Shown: positions 8,896-17,820, counted from the stretch's first letter. The stretch is 32,000 nucleotides of DNA from Pyrolobus fumarii 1A (GCF_000223395.1 NC_015931.1:630001-662000); one strand, 5' to 3'. Notes: a model not told the origin generated them from the sequence alone. Numbers and translations are program-made.

Positions 8896-8945
8896 CGGTG
8901 ATATAAGAGGGTCTGTGCGCGCATTGCAAGCATAGAGGGTGGCCC

Positions 8946-10253
8946 TTGGGCGTTGAGAGGCAGGTAGAGGCGCTGGTAGACTTTGCTGCCCGCGTGTTGT
9001 GGGTGGTGCTTGAGCGCAAGTGGAGCCATGACAAGGCGTACCAGGAGGCTGTAAAGGAGCTTGGATGGGGGCGCCTCAAGGGCCTAAAGCCTAAGACGCT
9101 TTACCGTGTATCGCGCGCCATAGTGTCAGACTATTACCTCCTAAGGTATGCCGAGCAAGTGGTGTATGGGGCCCGTGGAGGCGCTAGGAGACTAGCTAGG
9201 CTCTGGCTGCTTCTACGGGGGGACGACCCCGATCTTATACCCCCGGAGCTGGAGCCGGGCGTCCGTAGGCTACGTAAGCGTCTATTGAAACAGATGCCGA
9301 GGAAAATCGAGAGTGTCGAAGAGCTGCTCGATGGTCTGGAGGGTGTTAAGCTGCTCTCGGTGAAATACTCGTTCCCCGAGTGGTTTGTCGAGAAGTTCGT
9401 GAAGCTGCTCGGCCTGGAGGAGACCGAGAAGCTCCTTGAGGCTCTGAACGAGGAGGTCTGGTGGATACGCGTCAACACGCTAAAAGCAGATGTTGATGAG
9501 GTCGCAGAGCGTCTTGGGGAGAAAGGCGTCTTTGTAAGACGCGACCCGGACCTACCCTACATGCTACGCGTGGTCGACTACTCTGAGCCTCTACACCACC
9601 TCGAGGAGATGTGGAAGGGCGAGATTGTATTCCAGGATAAGGCGTCGGCCCTAGTCGTTGAGGCTCTCGACCCTCAACCAGGTGATTATATCGTTGATTT
9701 CGCGGCTGCGCCAGGCATCAAGGCCACCCTCGTAGCAGCCTTGACCGACAACCAGGCGGAGATGGTGCTACTCGATGTTTCGAGGGAGAGAGTATCGAGG
9801 ATGATGAGGGTGCTCAAGATGTATGGGGTGGATCTTAGCAAGGTGCACGTTGCTGTCGTTGACTCTAGATTCTGGTGGAGCCCGAGGAAACAACCAAAGA
9901 TACTCCTTGACGCCCCTTGCTCCTCGAGCGGCGCTGTCGGCAAGGACCCAGCGATAAAGATTCACCTGGAGAGCCGCGAGTGGGTGGATAGGTTTGTACC
10001 GTTACAACGCGATTTGCTAGTGAATGCTGTGACGCAGGGGGAGAGGGTCGTGTATGCGGTTTGTAGCATCCTTCCCGAGGAGGGCGAGGAGCACATGGTG
10101 AAGCTTAGTTTGGAGCTAGAGGATCCTGGTATCCCGGGTCTCCCGGGGTACCACGCGTACGGCGAGAGGGTATCAAAGGCGAGGAGGCTACTCCCGCACG
10201 TGCACGAGACCCAAGGCTTCTTCATAGCACGTATTGTTGGTAAGGGCGTCTAG
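8946..10253 (+). CDS. NOL1/NOP2/Sun family RNA (cytosine-C5) methyltransferase
   Basis: SAM-binding 'VDFAAAPGIKAT' and catalytic 'LLDAPCSSSGAVGKDP' (the PC motif), with a second Cys in 'VYAVCSILPEE'. 435 aa with an N-terminal helical extension. Confidence 0.9.
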   Translation: MGVERQVEALVDFAARVLWVVLERKWSHDKAYQEAVKELGWGRLKGLKPKTLYRVSRAIVSDYYLLRYAEQVVYGARGGARRLARLWLLLRGDDPDLIPPELEPGVRRLRKRLLKQMPRKIESVEELLDGLEGVKLLSVKYSFPEWFVEKFVKLLGLEETEKLLEALNEEVWWIRVNTLKADVDEVAERLGEKGVFVRRDPDLPYMLRVVDYSEPLHHLEEMWKGEIVFQDKASALVVEALDPQPGDYIVDFAAAPGIKATLVAALTDNQAEMVLLDVSRERVSRMMRVLKMYGVDLSKVHVAVVDSRFWWSPRKQPKILLDAPCSSSGAVGKDPAIKIHLESREWVDRFVPLQRDLLVNAVTQGERVVYAVCSILPEEGEEHMVKLSLELEDPGIPGLPGYHAYGERVSKARRLLPHVHETQGFFIARIVGKGV

Positions 10254-10906
10254 CCGACAAGCAACCAGGCGATAACTGCTGCTAGGAGGAGCAGCAGCCA
10301 CTTCACTGGGTTTAGCCTTGCTAGCCTCCAGCCGTCTAGAGGCGGTATCGGGAGCAGGTTGAACACCGCAATCCACGCGTTTATCTCAGCTGCGCCAAGC
10401 GCAAACCACCTCCAGGGCATGTGCACCACCATTGCCGCGAGCGCCGCCATTATCGCTAACGCTATGTTTACTTTGATGCCTGCCGCTGCTATCCTCTCCT
10501 CGCCCTTGGCGCTACTCCCCCACCCCCATGAGGGGCAAGCCACGCTAACCGCGCCAGGCGCGATGATCACGATTGCTGGTATGAGCCCCGAGAGTATGGT
10601 AAGCGCGAAACCTAGAGGGTGTAGCATGAAGCGCGCCCAGCACCCGTAACGGTAGGCTGTCCTCTCATGCGCGTACTCGTGTAGGATGAAGCCTGCTAGG
10701 GCGCCAGCTAGCACGCCCAACGCGTAGTAGTCGTGGAGTATGTAGGGGGTTACGAGGCGCGGCCCTAGCAGTGCAAATGCCGCAGCGAGAGCCGCGACTA
10801 TGAGGTTTAGCCAGCTGCTGCCCAGGTCAATCGACTGGCTCCTTGCCGCCCCCCAGCGCGGCCAGGGGTACACTCCTAGACTCACCACCATCGCTATCCG
10901 GCTCAC
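10250..10906 (-). CDS. M50 family (site-2 protease-like) membrane metallopeptidase
   Basis: 'HEYAHE' (HExxH) lies in a TM segment together with 'FNLLPIPPLDG' (NxxPxxxLDG). A polytopic 218-aa protein. It overlaps the convergent methyltransferase stop by 4 nt. Confidence 0.8.
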   Translation of the reverse strand: MSRIAMVVSLGVYPWPRWGAARSQSIDLGSSWLNLIVAALAAAFALLGPRLVTPYILHDYYALGVLAGALAGFILHEYAHERTAYRYGCWARFMLHPLGFALTILSGLIPAIVIIAPGAVSVACPSWGWGSSAKGEERIAAAGIKVNIALAIMAALAAMVVHMPWRWFALGAAEINAWIAVFNLLPIPPLDGWRLARLNPVKWLLLLLAAVIAWLLVG

Positions 10907-11048
10907 ACGGTTAACCGCCTTACATGGGCATCGCGGCTCGGTAACGGGGCGTCATCCTCATCGGCGGTTGGCCGCCTCTGGGGCAGGGCAGCGTTCGTCA
11001 CAGCCGCTTTACACTCGTATAGATGCGGGTTTGTTAGGGCGGCGGTTC

Positions 11049-12389
11049 GTGGGGGCAAAGCGAGCCGTCCTGGCTATCGGCGGCGTTGATCCTACCGGCG
11101 CGGCGGGTGTCAACGCAATAGCCTCGACCGCAAGGGCTCTAGGCGCCTACTCGACGTCCATACCCACTTGCGTCGTCGTCGAGTCTACACGTGGTGTCAA
11201 GAGCATACACCCCGTTGGGGGTAGTGTGCTCCGGGATATGCTGGAGGAGTTCTTCTCTGAGGGCTGGGATAGTGTCGTTGCCGCTGTCTCGCTCCACCCT
11301 CGTGTTGAGGAGGCGCGCGCCACGACAAGCACGCTTGATGGGCGCACCGTGCTCACTATCCTTGACCCTGTGTGGGCTGCGAGCGCTGGCGGCCAGCTGA
11401 CCGTGGATGAGCCTAGACGTGTATTCTCGGTGCTCTCCAAGGCGGCTGACATACTCGTTGTCAACACTGCCGAGTTGTTCCATCTGGCTGGGCGCGAGAC
11501 TCTGACGATAGGCGGGGTTGTTAGGGCCGCAAGGAGGCTGATAGAGCGGCATGGGTTTCTCGCGGTTGTCGTGAAGGGCGGTCATGGACTCGAATGTCGT
11601 GATGTACTAGTGGAGCGTGATTACTATCTTGTGCTTGGCGAGGCAGCTGGATGCATAGACGCGAGAGTACATGGCACCGGGTGCGTCTACCTGGGCGCTC
11701 TTGCAGCTGGGCTTGCGCTAGGCCTGAGCACCGCCGATTCCACCCTGCTCGCGTGGCGAACCACAAGGCTCGCGGTAGAGGGGGCTGTGAGCGGCGCTGC
11801 AGCTGGACTGGCGTGGTGGAGGGGGCTGCACGGCTATTGGGTTGAGCGTGTATTGCGCGACGTTGAGAGGGGACTTGGTAGGCTTCTCCGCTATTGGAGT
11901 CTGGTTGAGCGTTTCGTACCCGAGACCGGTTTGAACATCGTGTCGACTGCGCCTCTCGGTGTTGACGTGTGGGCCGGGGTGTCTGGGAGGGTCCGGAGAG
12001 GCTCCGGAGGCACACCTGTCCACGGTCCAGTGTCTCTCCGCGCCTCTAGCCATCTCTATCGCGCGTTGAGGACGCTACACCAGGAGGGTGTGACCTGGCT
12101 TCTTGGCGCTGTTAACGTGCGTCTAGATGAGCGGCTGTTGAGGAGTGCGGAGAGGCTCGGGTATACCATAGCCCGGTATGATAGGAGGCTTGAGCCTCCC
12201 GAGGTGAAGGCCGTCGAGGGTGGCTCAATCCCATGGGGGTTTAGGACTGCGTTGAGAAGCGTCGAGCCCCGAGTGCCTGATATAGTGTATCACGAGGGAG
12301 ACTGGGGTAAGGAGCCTATGATGGTCTTCCTGGGCGTAACTGCAGAGGAGGCTGTAGCCAAGCTCGTCAGGGTTGCTGGAGATGCGTGA
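11049..12389 (+). CDS. thiDN: Bifunctional hydroxymethylpyrimidine/phosphomethylpyrimidine kinase - thiamine-phosphate synthase (ThiD-ThiN fusion)
   Basis: The N-terminal half has 'AIGGVDPTGAAG' and 'HGTGC' (ThiD ribokinase-like). The C-terminal half has 'RASSHLYRAL', 'EGGSIPWG' and 'PDIVYHEGDWGKEPMMVF' (ThiN). The track ORF start at 10800 overlaps the M50 gene. In-frame TTG 11031 or GTG 11049 follows a TATA-like GTATAGA at 11017-11023 and is more plausible. Confidence 0.85.
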   Translation: MGAKRAVLAIGGVDPTGAAGVNAIASTARALGAYSTSIPTCVVVESTRGVKSIHPVGGSVLRDMLEEFFSEGWDSVVAAVSLHPRVEEARATTSTLDGRTVLTILDPVWAASAGGQLTVDEPRRVFSVLSKAADILVVNTAELFHLAGRETLTIGGVVRAARRLIERHGFLAVVVKGGHGLECRDVLVERDYYLVLGEAAGCIDARVHGTGCVYLGALAAGLALGLSTADSTLLAWRTTRLAVEGAVSGAAAGLAWWRGLHGYWVERVLRDVERGLGRLLRYWSLVERFVPETGLNIVSTAPLGVDVWAGVSGRVRRGSGGTPVHGPVSLRASSHLYRALRTLHQEGVTWLLGAVNVRLDERLLRSAERLGYTIARYDRRLEPPEVKAVEGGSIPWGFRTALRSVEPRVPDIVYHEGDWGKEPMMVFLGVTAEEAVAKLVRVAGDA

Positions 12390-12390
12390 C

Positions 12391-12411
12391 GGGGCTCGGT
12401 TACCCCGGTTT
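12391..12411 (+). terminator. Weak hairpin plus short T tract after thiDN
   Basis: CGGGG (12390-12394) pairs with CCCCG (12403-12407) around an 8-nt loop, followed by GTTT. This begins right after the stop at 12387-12389. Confidence 0.3.
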
Positions 12412-12601
12412 CCTCACCACTCGGGAGGCATGACTCTCGCCATAGCCCCGCCGTTACTCCACTAGTGTCTATCAGGAGCTTTTATCATGCCAATTCTTGC
12501 ATTATTTGCTAAGCGTTTCATTTATAGGGTGGGGTGCCAGTGGTCCTGCTTTCGGTGCTGAAGCGTGGCTGATCGCCTTTCGCGTGACTAGACTCGACGG
12601 T

Positions 12602-13528
12602 ATGAAGGTGCTCGTGACCGACCCTGTGGACAAGCTCCTTCTCGGTATACTCGAGAAGCATGGTCTGCAGGTGGATTATAGACCTGGTGTGCCCAGGGAA
12701 GAACTGCTTAAGATAATTGGCGACTATGACATCCTTGTCGTGAGGAGCAGGACTAAGGTTGACAGGGAGGTCATAGATCGTGGAGAGAAGCTCAAGGTTA
12801 TAGCGAGGGCTGGTGTAGGCCTGGATAACATCGACGTACAACACGCCATAGAGAAGGGCATTAAGGTTGTTAACGCGCCGGGGGCTGCCGCTCAGAGCGT
12901 TGCTGAGCTTACCATAGGGTTGTTGATAGCGGCTGCTAGGTTCTTCAAAGCACATATTGTGAGTCTTGAGAGGCGCGAGTGGAGTAAGGGTCGCTGGACT
13001 GGTGTAGAGCTGAGCGGGAAGACCCTCGGTGTCATTGGCTTTGGTAGGATAGGGTATCGTGTTGCTAAGATTGCGCGTGGGCTGGGCATGAGGGTGCTTG
13101 CATATGACGTTGTTGACGCGAGTGATAGGGCACGGGAGATTGGAGCTGAGTTCACGAGAGATCTTGACGTTGTCCTCCGTGAATCAGATGCCATTACACT
13201 CCACGTACCATTGACGAAGGAGACGTACCACCTAATCGACCGCGACGCACTCGAGAAGATGAAGGATGGTGTTATCATTGTGAACACTAGCCGCGGCCCG
13301 GTGATAGACACTAAGGCGCTCCTAGAGTACCTGGAGTCCGGTAAGGTGTTTGCAGCTGCTCTGGATGTACTAGAGCACGAGCCTCCCAAAGAGGAGTGGG
13401 AGTGGAGGCTAGTGCACCACCCGAGGGTTATCGTGACGCCGCACATCGGCGCCGAGACCAGAGAAGCTAAGAGGAGGGTCGCGGAGGAGACCGCCTACGC
13501 TATACTCGAGGCGCTCGGTATGAGGTGA
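12602..13528 (+). CDS. serA: D-3-phosphoglycerate dehydrogenase-like D-2-hydroxyacid dehydrogenase
   Basis: 'MKVLVTDP...' N-terminus, NAD motif 'GVIGFGRIGYRVA', and the catalytic region 'NTSRGPVID...LDV...PHIGA'. The ATG at 12602 fits the family N-terminus. The track start at 12497 adds non-homologous sequence. Confidence 0.85.
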   Translation: MKVLVTDPVDKLLLGILEKHGLQVDYRPGVPREELLKIIGDYDILVVRSRTKVDREVIDRGEKLKVIARAGVGLDNIDVQHAIEKGIKVVNAPGAAAQSVAELTIGLLIAAARFFKAHIVSLERREWSKGRWTGVELSGKTLGVIGFGRIGYRVAKIARGLGMRVLAYDVVDASDRAREIGAEFTRDLDVVLRESDAITLHVPLTKETYHLIDRDALEKMKDGVIIVNTSRGPVIDTKALLEYLESGKVFAAALDVLEHEPPKEEWEWRLVHHPRVIVTPHIGAETREAKRRVAEETAYAILEALGMR

Positions 13529-14628
13529 TGACTATGGTGCTTCTTACACCCGGCCCCGTCGAGATACACGAGAGGGTGCTGAAGGCCCTATCCGAGGGCA
13601 TAGCGAGCCACCGTAGCGAAACCTACCGCAACTGGCACTGCGAGGCCGTCGAGAGGCTAAAGAGGATATCTGGTCTTAGAGATGGCAGCGTATACTTGAT
13701 ACCCGGATCCGGGACGACAGCCGTCGACGCGATGATATATAGCGTGTTGGCGCCTGGCGAGAAGGTACTTGCGTATATCGTTGGCGAGTTTGGCAGGAGA
13801 GCCGTCAATACGATGAAAGCTCGTGGTCTCAACGTCCGTCTGCTTGAGGAGCCTTGGGGCAAGGCGATAAGGATAGAAAGGCTCAAAGAGGCACTCGAGG
13901 AGGACAGCTATGACGCCGTGTTTATAGTTCACAACGAGACGAGCACTGGAGTTGCTAACCGTACGCTACGCGAGGCCGCCGAGCTGGTCCACAAGCATGG
14001 AGCTATACTTCTCGTAGACTCTGTGTCCGGTTTTGCCGGCGAGAGGCTATACATGGACGACTGGGGCGTTGATGTGGTCGCTACGGCTACACAGAAGTGT
14101 CTTGCAGCGCCACCAGGCTTGGGCATAGTGATGGTCAAGAGCGATGTAGTCGAGCGTATCGAGAAGGTGAGTAAAGAGAGCCCGCCACCACCATCCATAA
14201 ACCTCTCGCTCTATGAGAAGTTCCTGGCAAAGTGCGAGACTCCATTCACGCCGCCCGTCAACGTAGTCAGAGCCTTGGTTGAGGCGCTACGCTTGATAGA
14301 AGAGGAGGGTGGTATTGAGGCACGGTACCGCGAGCAAGAGATGAGAGCATCACGCTTCTATTCTGTGATTGATGCAGCCGGGCTGGATACGCTTGCAGAG
14401 AAGAGCGCGCGTAGCTACACTGTGGCTGCCGTTAGGCTACCCGAGGGCGTTAGAGCGCCAGAAGTCAAGAAGAGGATGGCGGAGCTAGGATTCGAGATTG
14501 CAGGTGGAATGGGCGAGTATCGCGAGAAGGTCGTGCGCGTGGGGTTAATGGGTGCCATCAACGCTGATATAGTCGAGGCTGCTGCACGTAGCCTTGTCGA
14601 GATTATACAAGAGCTTTCTAGAGGGTGA
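13525..14628 (+). CDS. Class V aminotransferase (serine-glyoxylate / phosphoserine aminotransferase-like)
   Basis: 'LLTPGPVEI' N-terminus and 'TATQKCLAAPPGLG' (PLP-lysine region) are typical of the class V fold. Its start overlaps the serA stop (GTGATG at 13525-13530), indicating translational coupling. Confidence 0.85.
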   Translation: MMTMVLLTPGPVEIHERVLKALSEGIASHRSETYRNWHCEAVERLKRISGLRDGSVYLIPGSGTTAVDAMIYSVLAPGEKVLAYIVGEFGRRAVNTMKARGLNVRLLEEPWGKAIRIERLKEALEEDSYDAVFIVHNETSTGVANRTLREAAELVHKHGAILLVDSVSGFAGERLYMDDWGVDVVATATQKCLAAPPGLGIVMVKSDVVERIEKVSKESPPPPSINLSLYEKFLAKCETPFTPPVNVVRALVEALRLIEEEGGIEARYREQEMRASRFYSVIDAAGLDTLAEKSARSYTVAAVRLPEGVRAPEVKKRMAELGFEIAGGMGEYREKVVRVGLMGAINADIVEAAARSLVEIIQELSRG

Positions 14629-15268
14629 CGTACCCATCATCCACTCTTATAAGGCCTGCTCTCGCAGCCTCGTATATGAGCCGTCTTGCCTCTGTTCTCG
14701 TGACTCCCAATTCTCCTGCGAGAAGCTGTGCAGCCTCACCGAGCTTCAAAGGCCCATACTCGCGCACAGCCTCTTCTAGGAGTTTCGCAACGCGCGATAA
14801 CATTGGCTCCTCTTGAGGCTCACAAAGCCTCCCATCACGTTCTGTGACTAGCATGGAACGACCGCCAACCTTCAACCTATAGACAGCCTCGCCGAGAGGC
14901 TGAACCGTAAGCCTCGCTAGCCCTAGTTTGTGCAGGCCTCTAGCCTCGGGTGCAACCAGCATCCTGTAGTCGAGTTCTTGCGGTACACGCCCCTTGTTGA
15001 GTATAACGACTGCTGGCATTCCCTTGCAAGCTGTAGGATCCCTCACGAACACAACCCGGTCTATGGGCACACCGTGCACCCTCATCAGCTCCTCGATAGC
15101 CTCTATGGTTTTCTCGTCGGGAGCGTGTATACACACTACCTCGCTACGCGCGATGTTCCTTGCACTGTATACTGCGAGTATGACAGCTAGCCTCCTGGGT
15201 ATGCGTTGCGCATAGATCCGCAGCGTTGTACCGAGCTCCTCTAGGAGCGTCGGCTCGCGGCATTCCAT
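14618..15268 (-). CDS. Hypothetical protein with alpha/beta N-terminal domain and C-terminal winged-helix-like domain
   Basis: 216 aa. ATG start 12 nt after the helicase stop, so it is operonic. The C-terminal 'LKLGEAAQLLAGELGVTRTEARRLIYEAARAGLIRVDDGYVTL' looks like an HTH/wHTH. I recognise no catalytic motif. Confidence 0.6.
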   Translation of the reverse strand: MECREPTLLEELGTTLRIYAQRIPRRLAVILAVYSARNIARSEVVCIHAPDEKTIEAIEELMRVHGVPIDRVVFVRDPTACKGMPAVVILNKGRVPQELDYRMLVAPEARGLHKLGLARLTVQPLGEAVYRLKVGGRSMLVTERDGRLCEPQEEPMLSRVAKLLEEAVREYGPLKLGEAAQLLAGELGVTRTEARRLIYEAARAGLIRVDDGYVTL

Positions 15269-15280
15269 CCTACAACCCTT

Positions 15281-17062
15281 CTATCTAGCCTCTAGCGTTG
15301 CTCTACTGAAGGCATTGCGGAGTATAATCTCAAGCTTCTCTACCGTGTCTATGAGGCACGTGTAGTTTAGGTTGACTAGCTTGTAGGCGCCGGTGGGCAG
15401 AGGGTACTCTATACTAATTCTCAATGAGCGTATGGGGAGTAGTCTCTCTAGACGTTTCAAAGCGTCTCTCCAGCTCCTCGCTTTCCTGCGCCCCTCGCCA
15501 CCCGAGATGCTATCATACACTATGGTTGCTTCTGCCTCCACGTCACCCGCCGTATAGGCTGGTAGCTTCTCCCCGAGGAGGTGCACAGCCGGCCCTGCCG
15601 CATACACCCTCCCAATCCCCGTGTGCACGTATATCACGTCGCCACGCTTGCACAGCCTCCTTAGCTCGCGCTCTACACGATCCCTTGCCAGCCCGGTAAC
15701 CTCAGCAATCCAGTCACTCGTCATAGGCTCTTGTGTCAACACCGCTAGTATCTTGGCTGCTATGGTGCGCTCGCGCAACTTATCCAATAGGCCGGGGTCT
15801 ACGGGAAGGTCTACACCCGCCTCGAGAGCATACTCTAGGCTCTCCACAAACGCGTCCATATCCGGAGAGTCAGGCGTCACAAGGTAAACGACGACACGCG
15901 GTGGTCCCTGACGACCCACGGCTCTCCGGACGCGTCCATGCCTCTGTATGAAGCGCACCGGGCTCGCCACGTTGCTCCACACGACCAGCATCTCGGCTTC
16001 CGGGAGATCCACTCCCTCTTCGCCAGCGCTGGTTGACACTATTACACGCGTCTCGGGGCGCCGCGCCTCCTCCAGCGCTCTCGCGACATCAACGCGCCCA
16101 CGCCCAAGTATCTTAACGACACGGAAGCCCTTCGCCTCGAGCCTAGAAGCCACGTACTCAGCGACAACGACACGGTCAATGAAGACTATGGTTTTCGGAT
16201 TGTCGTGATCCTCCAGTACCCGGAGCAGCCATTCCAGTTTATGCGCTGGTCTAACACGAGGATCGCGAAGTAGATCCTCTATGCTTGAGAGTATTTCAGC
16301 CATCCTAGTTGGCTTCCGAAGACTATCGACGAGGGCGAGTGCCCCATCCCGTACCAGCCACCTTTGAGCCAGCCTGGCAAGGGCACGGTCCCTGCCGGTT
16401 AGCCTGGATGCCAACTTCTCTAGCTCGTAGAGTATACGCTGCTCCGCCTCGTTTAGAGGCGTCTCGTAAACCTCCCCTATCCAGGGTGGCACGTAGGGCG
16501 CTATCCGGGGGTCACTCCAATGCCACTCCCGTATCTCACCAATAAGCCTCTCTATTATGCTCCTCCTGGATCTCGGAATGTATGCTGATAGGCCCAGCCT
16601 CTTGCGGAAACCCCCACGCTCAAGCACCTTAACCGACGCGTCACGACCAACGGTATGATGACACTCGTCTACTACTATGCAGTCAAAGCCCTCCCTTACT
16701 ATCACGTCGATATCCTCCAGCGCCGCTTCGGGCGTCGCGACGACAACTCTAGCCGAGCGGTATACACCGATCCTCTCTGCACGGCTTATCGGGCCTCTAG
16801 CCTCACGCACAGTAACGTTCTCGAGCACGCGACTCAACATACCCCGCACTTGCGCTACGAGTATCCTTGTAGGCTCCAGGACCAGGACCTTCCTACACTC
16901 GCCGCGTGACAACCTAGCCGCGATCCACCCGGCAGCGACGAGGGTTTTGCCGGCACCCGTCGGCATCACAACAACAGCTCCGTCACGATTCACCGCCCAC
17001 TCGACAGCCTCTCGTTGATACTCGCGGAGAGACACCCTGAGACCAGCCACTATCCCAGCCAA
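15281..17062 (-). CDS. SF2 DECH-box helicase (Hef/FANCM/RIG-I-like core) with C-terminal wHTH-like extension and no nuclease domain
   Basis: Motif I 'MPTGAGKT', motif II 'VVDECHH', motif V 'STSAGEEGVDLPE' and motif VI 'QRHGRVRR'. A helical insertion separates the two RecA lobes. The C-terminal ~165 aa include 'MTSDWIAEVTGLARDRVERELRRLCKRGDVIYV' (wHTH-like). TTTTATT box on the minus strand at 17091-17099, about 33 nt upstream of the start. Confidence 0.85.
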   Translation of the reverse strand: MAGIVAGLRVSLREYQREAVEWAVNRDGAVVVMPTGAGKTLVAAGWIAARLSRGECRKVLVLEPTRILVAQVRGMLSRVLENVTVREARGPISRAERIGVYRSARVVVATPEAALEDIDVIVREGFDCIVVDECHHTVGRDASVKVLERGGFRKRLGLSAYIPRSRRSIIERLIGEIREWHWSDPRIAPYVPPWIGEVYETPLNEAEQRILYELEKLASRLTGRDRALARLAQRWLVRDGALALVDSLRKPTRMAEILSSIEDLLRDPRVRPAHKLEWLLRVLEDHDNPKTIVFIDRVVVAEYVASRLEAKGFRVVKILGRGRVDVARALEEARRPETRVIVSTSAGEEGVDLPEAEMLVVWSNVASPVRFIQRHGRVRRAVGRQGPPRVVVYLVTPDSPDMDAFVESLEYALEAGVDLPVDPGLLDKLRERTIAAKILAVLTQEPMTSDWIAEVTGLARDRVERELRRLCKRGDVIYVHTGIGRVYAAGPAVHLLGEKLPAYTAGDVEAEATIVYDSISGGEGRRKARSWRDALKRLERLLPIRSLRISIEYPLPTGAYKLVNLNYTCLIDTVEKLEIILRNAFSRATLEAR

Positions 17063-17213
17063 CAGTGCTCAGGGGAGACCCAAGTCAAGCTCTCAATAAA
17101 ATCTTCATCCACGCAGAGATGCACGTGGAGCACTAAAAACCCGGTTATAAGCCATTCGCACCACTCTTGCATTCTGGCTAGATACCCGATACAGCCTACA
17201 ACACTAACCCGGG

Positions 17214-17774
17214 GTGAGACGGGTGGTACGCCCAGGTATAGCGCTACTAGCCCTCATACTAGCAGGCGTGTTCGCCACAACAGCCTATAGCATAAAAGCA
17301 CCGCCACACCATAGATTCCCGCATCACGACAACTATCACACGCTAGAGGCAGCCAACTACGGCAAGGACAGACACCCCTCTGCTTTGGGCCCACCGTGGA
17401 TAGTGCGAGGTAGGGACCACTGCGAACACCACACGCGAAGCTGTAATCACGACGATACACACTGCAATGACCATATTGCTCCAGGTGCACCACATCACAG
17501 AAGACCAGTATGCGAGCAAGAGCACGTCAACGAGTGTTGTGCCAACCACACCGATAGCGGTGCTTCATGGTGCGAGCATCACGTTAACTCGGGTACACCG
17601 TGGTGCGAGAAGCACGTGAACGAGACGATTAACAAGACCGGTGTGAGCCAGACAGGTAAGAGTGATGTACAGCGCAAGTCAAGCACTGCTGGCGATGATG
17701 GAAGAGAGGTGCAACAGGAGGAGAAGAGGGGTCATCGTGCTCGGCGTGGTGCAGGCTGGGAAGGAAGGCGGTAA
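17214..17774 (+). CDS. His/Cys-rich repeat protein with N-terminal signal/anchor (putative metal-binding)
   Basis: It is the longest ORF in a 940-bp gap. The N-terminus 'MRRVVRPGIALLALILAGVFATTAYS' is signal-peptide-like and uses genome-typical codons. By hand count there are 20 His and 8 Cys in 186 aa. Repeated motifs: HCEHHT, VCEQEHVNE, WCEHHVNS, WCEKHVNE. At DNA level TGGTGCGAGCATCACGTTAAC and TGGTGCGAGAAGCACGTGAAC repeat 33 nt apart. The charged C-terminal tail looks atypical, so the 3' end or the reality of the gene is uncertain. Confidence 0.5.
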   Translation: MRRVVRPGIALLALILAGVFATTAYSIKAPPHHRFPHHDNYHTLEAANYGKDRHPSALGPPWIVRGRDHCEHHTRSCNHDDTHCNDHIAPGAPHHRRPVCEQEHVNECCANHTDSGASWCEHHVNSGTPWCEKHVNETINKTGVSQTGKSDVQRKSSTAGDDGREVQQEEKRGHRARRGAGWEGRR

Positions 17775-17820
17775 CTGAGACGTATCGGTACAAGCGGCTC
17801 GCCTAGTAAAACATGTGTCA

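Noticed and set aside
10800-11048. N-terminal 83 codons of the track ORF for thiDN, overlapping the M50 peptidase gene
   Set aside because: ThiD homology begins only at 'AVLAIGGVDPTG'. The extension overlaps the divergent M50 CDS and the promoter region. In-frame TTG/GTG starts at 11031/11049 sit behind a TATA-like box.
11139-12053. Several 100-165-aa minus-strand ORFs (11139-11585, 11521-12015, 11718-12053) and a 12892-13446 ORF
   Set aside because: All are antisense to strongly supported genes (thiDN, serA). They are Arg/Ser/Pro-rich, which fits stop-codon-poor GC-rich antisense frames.
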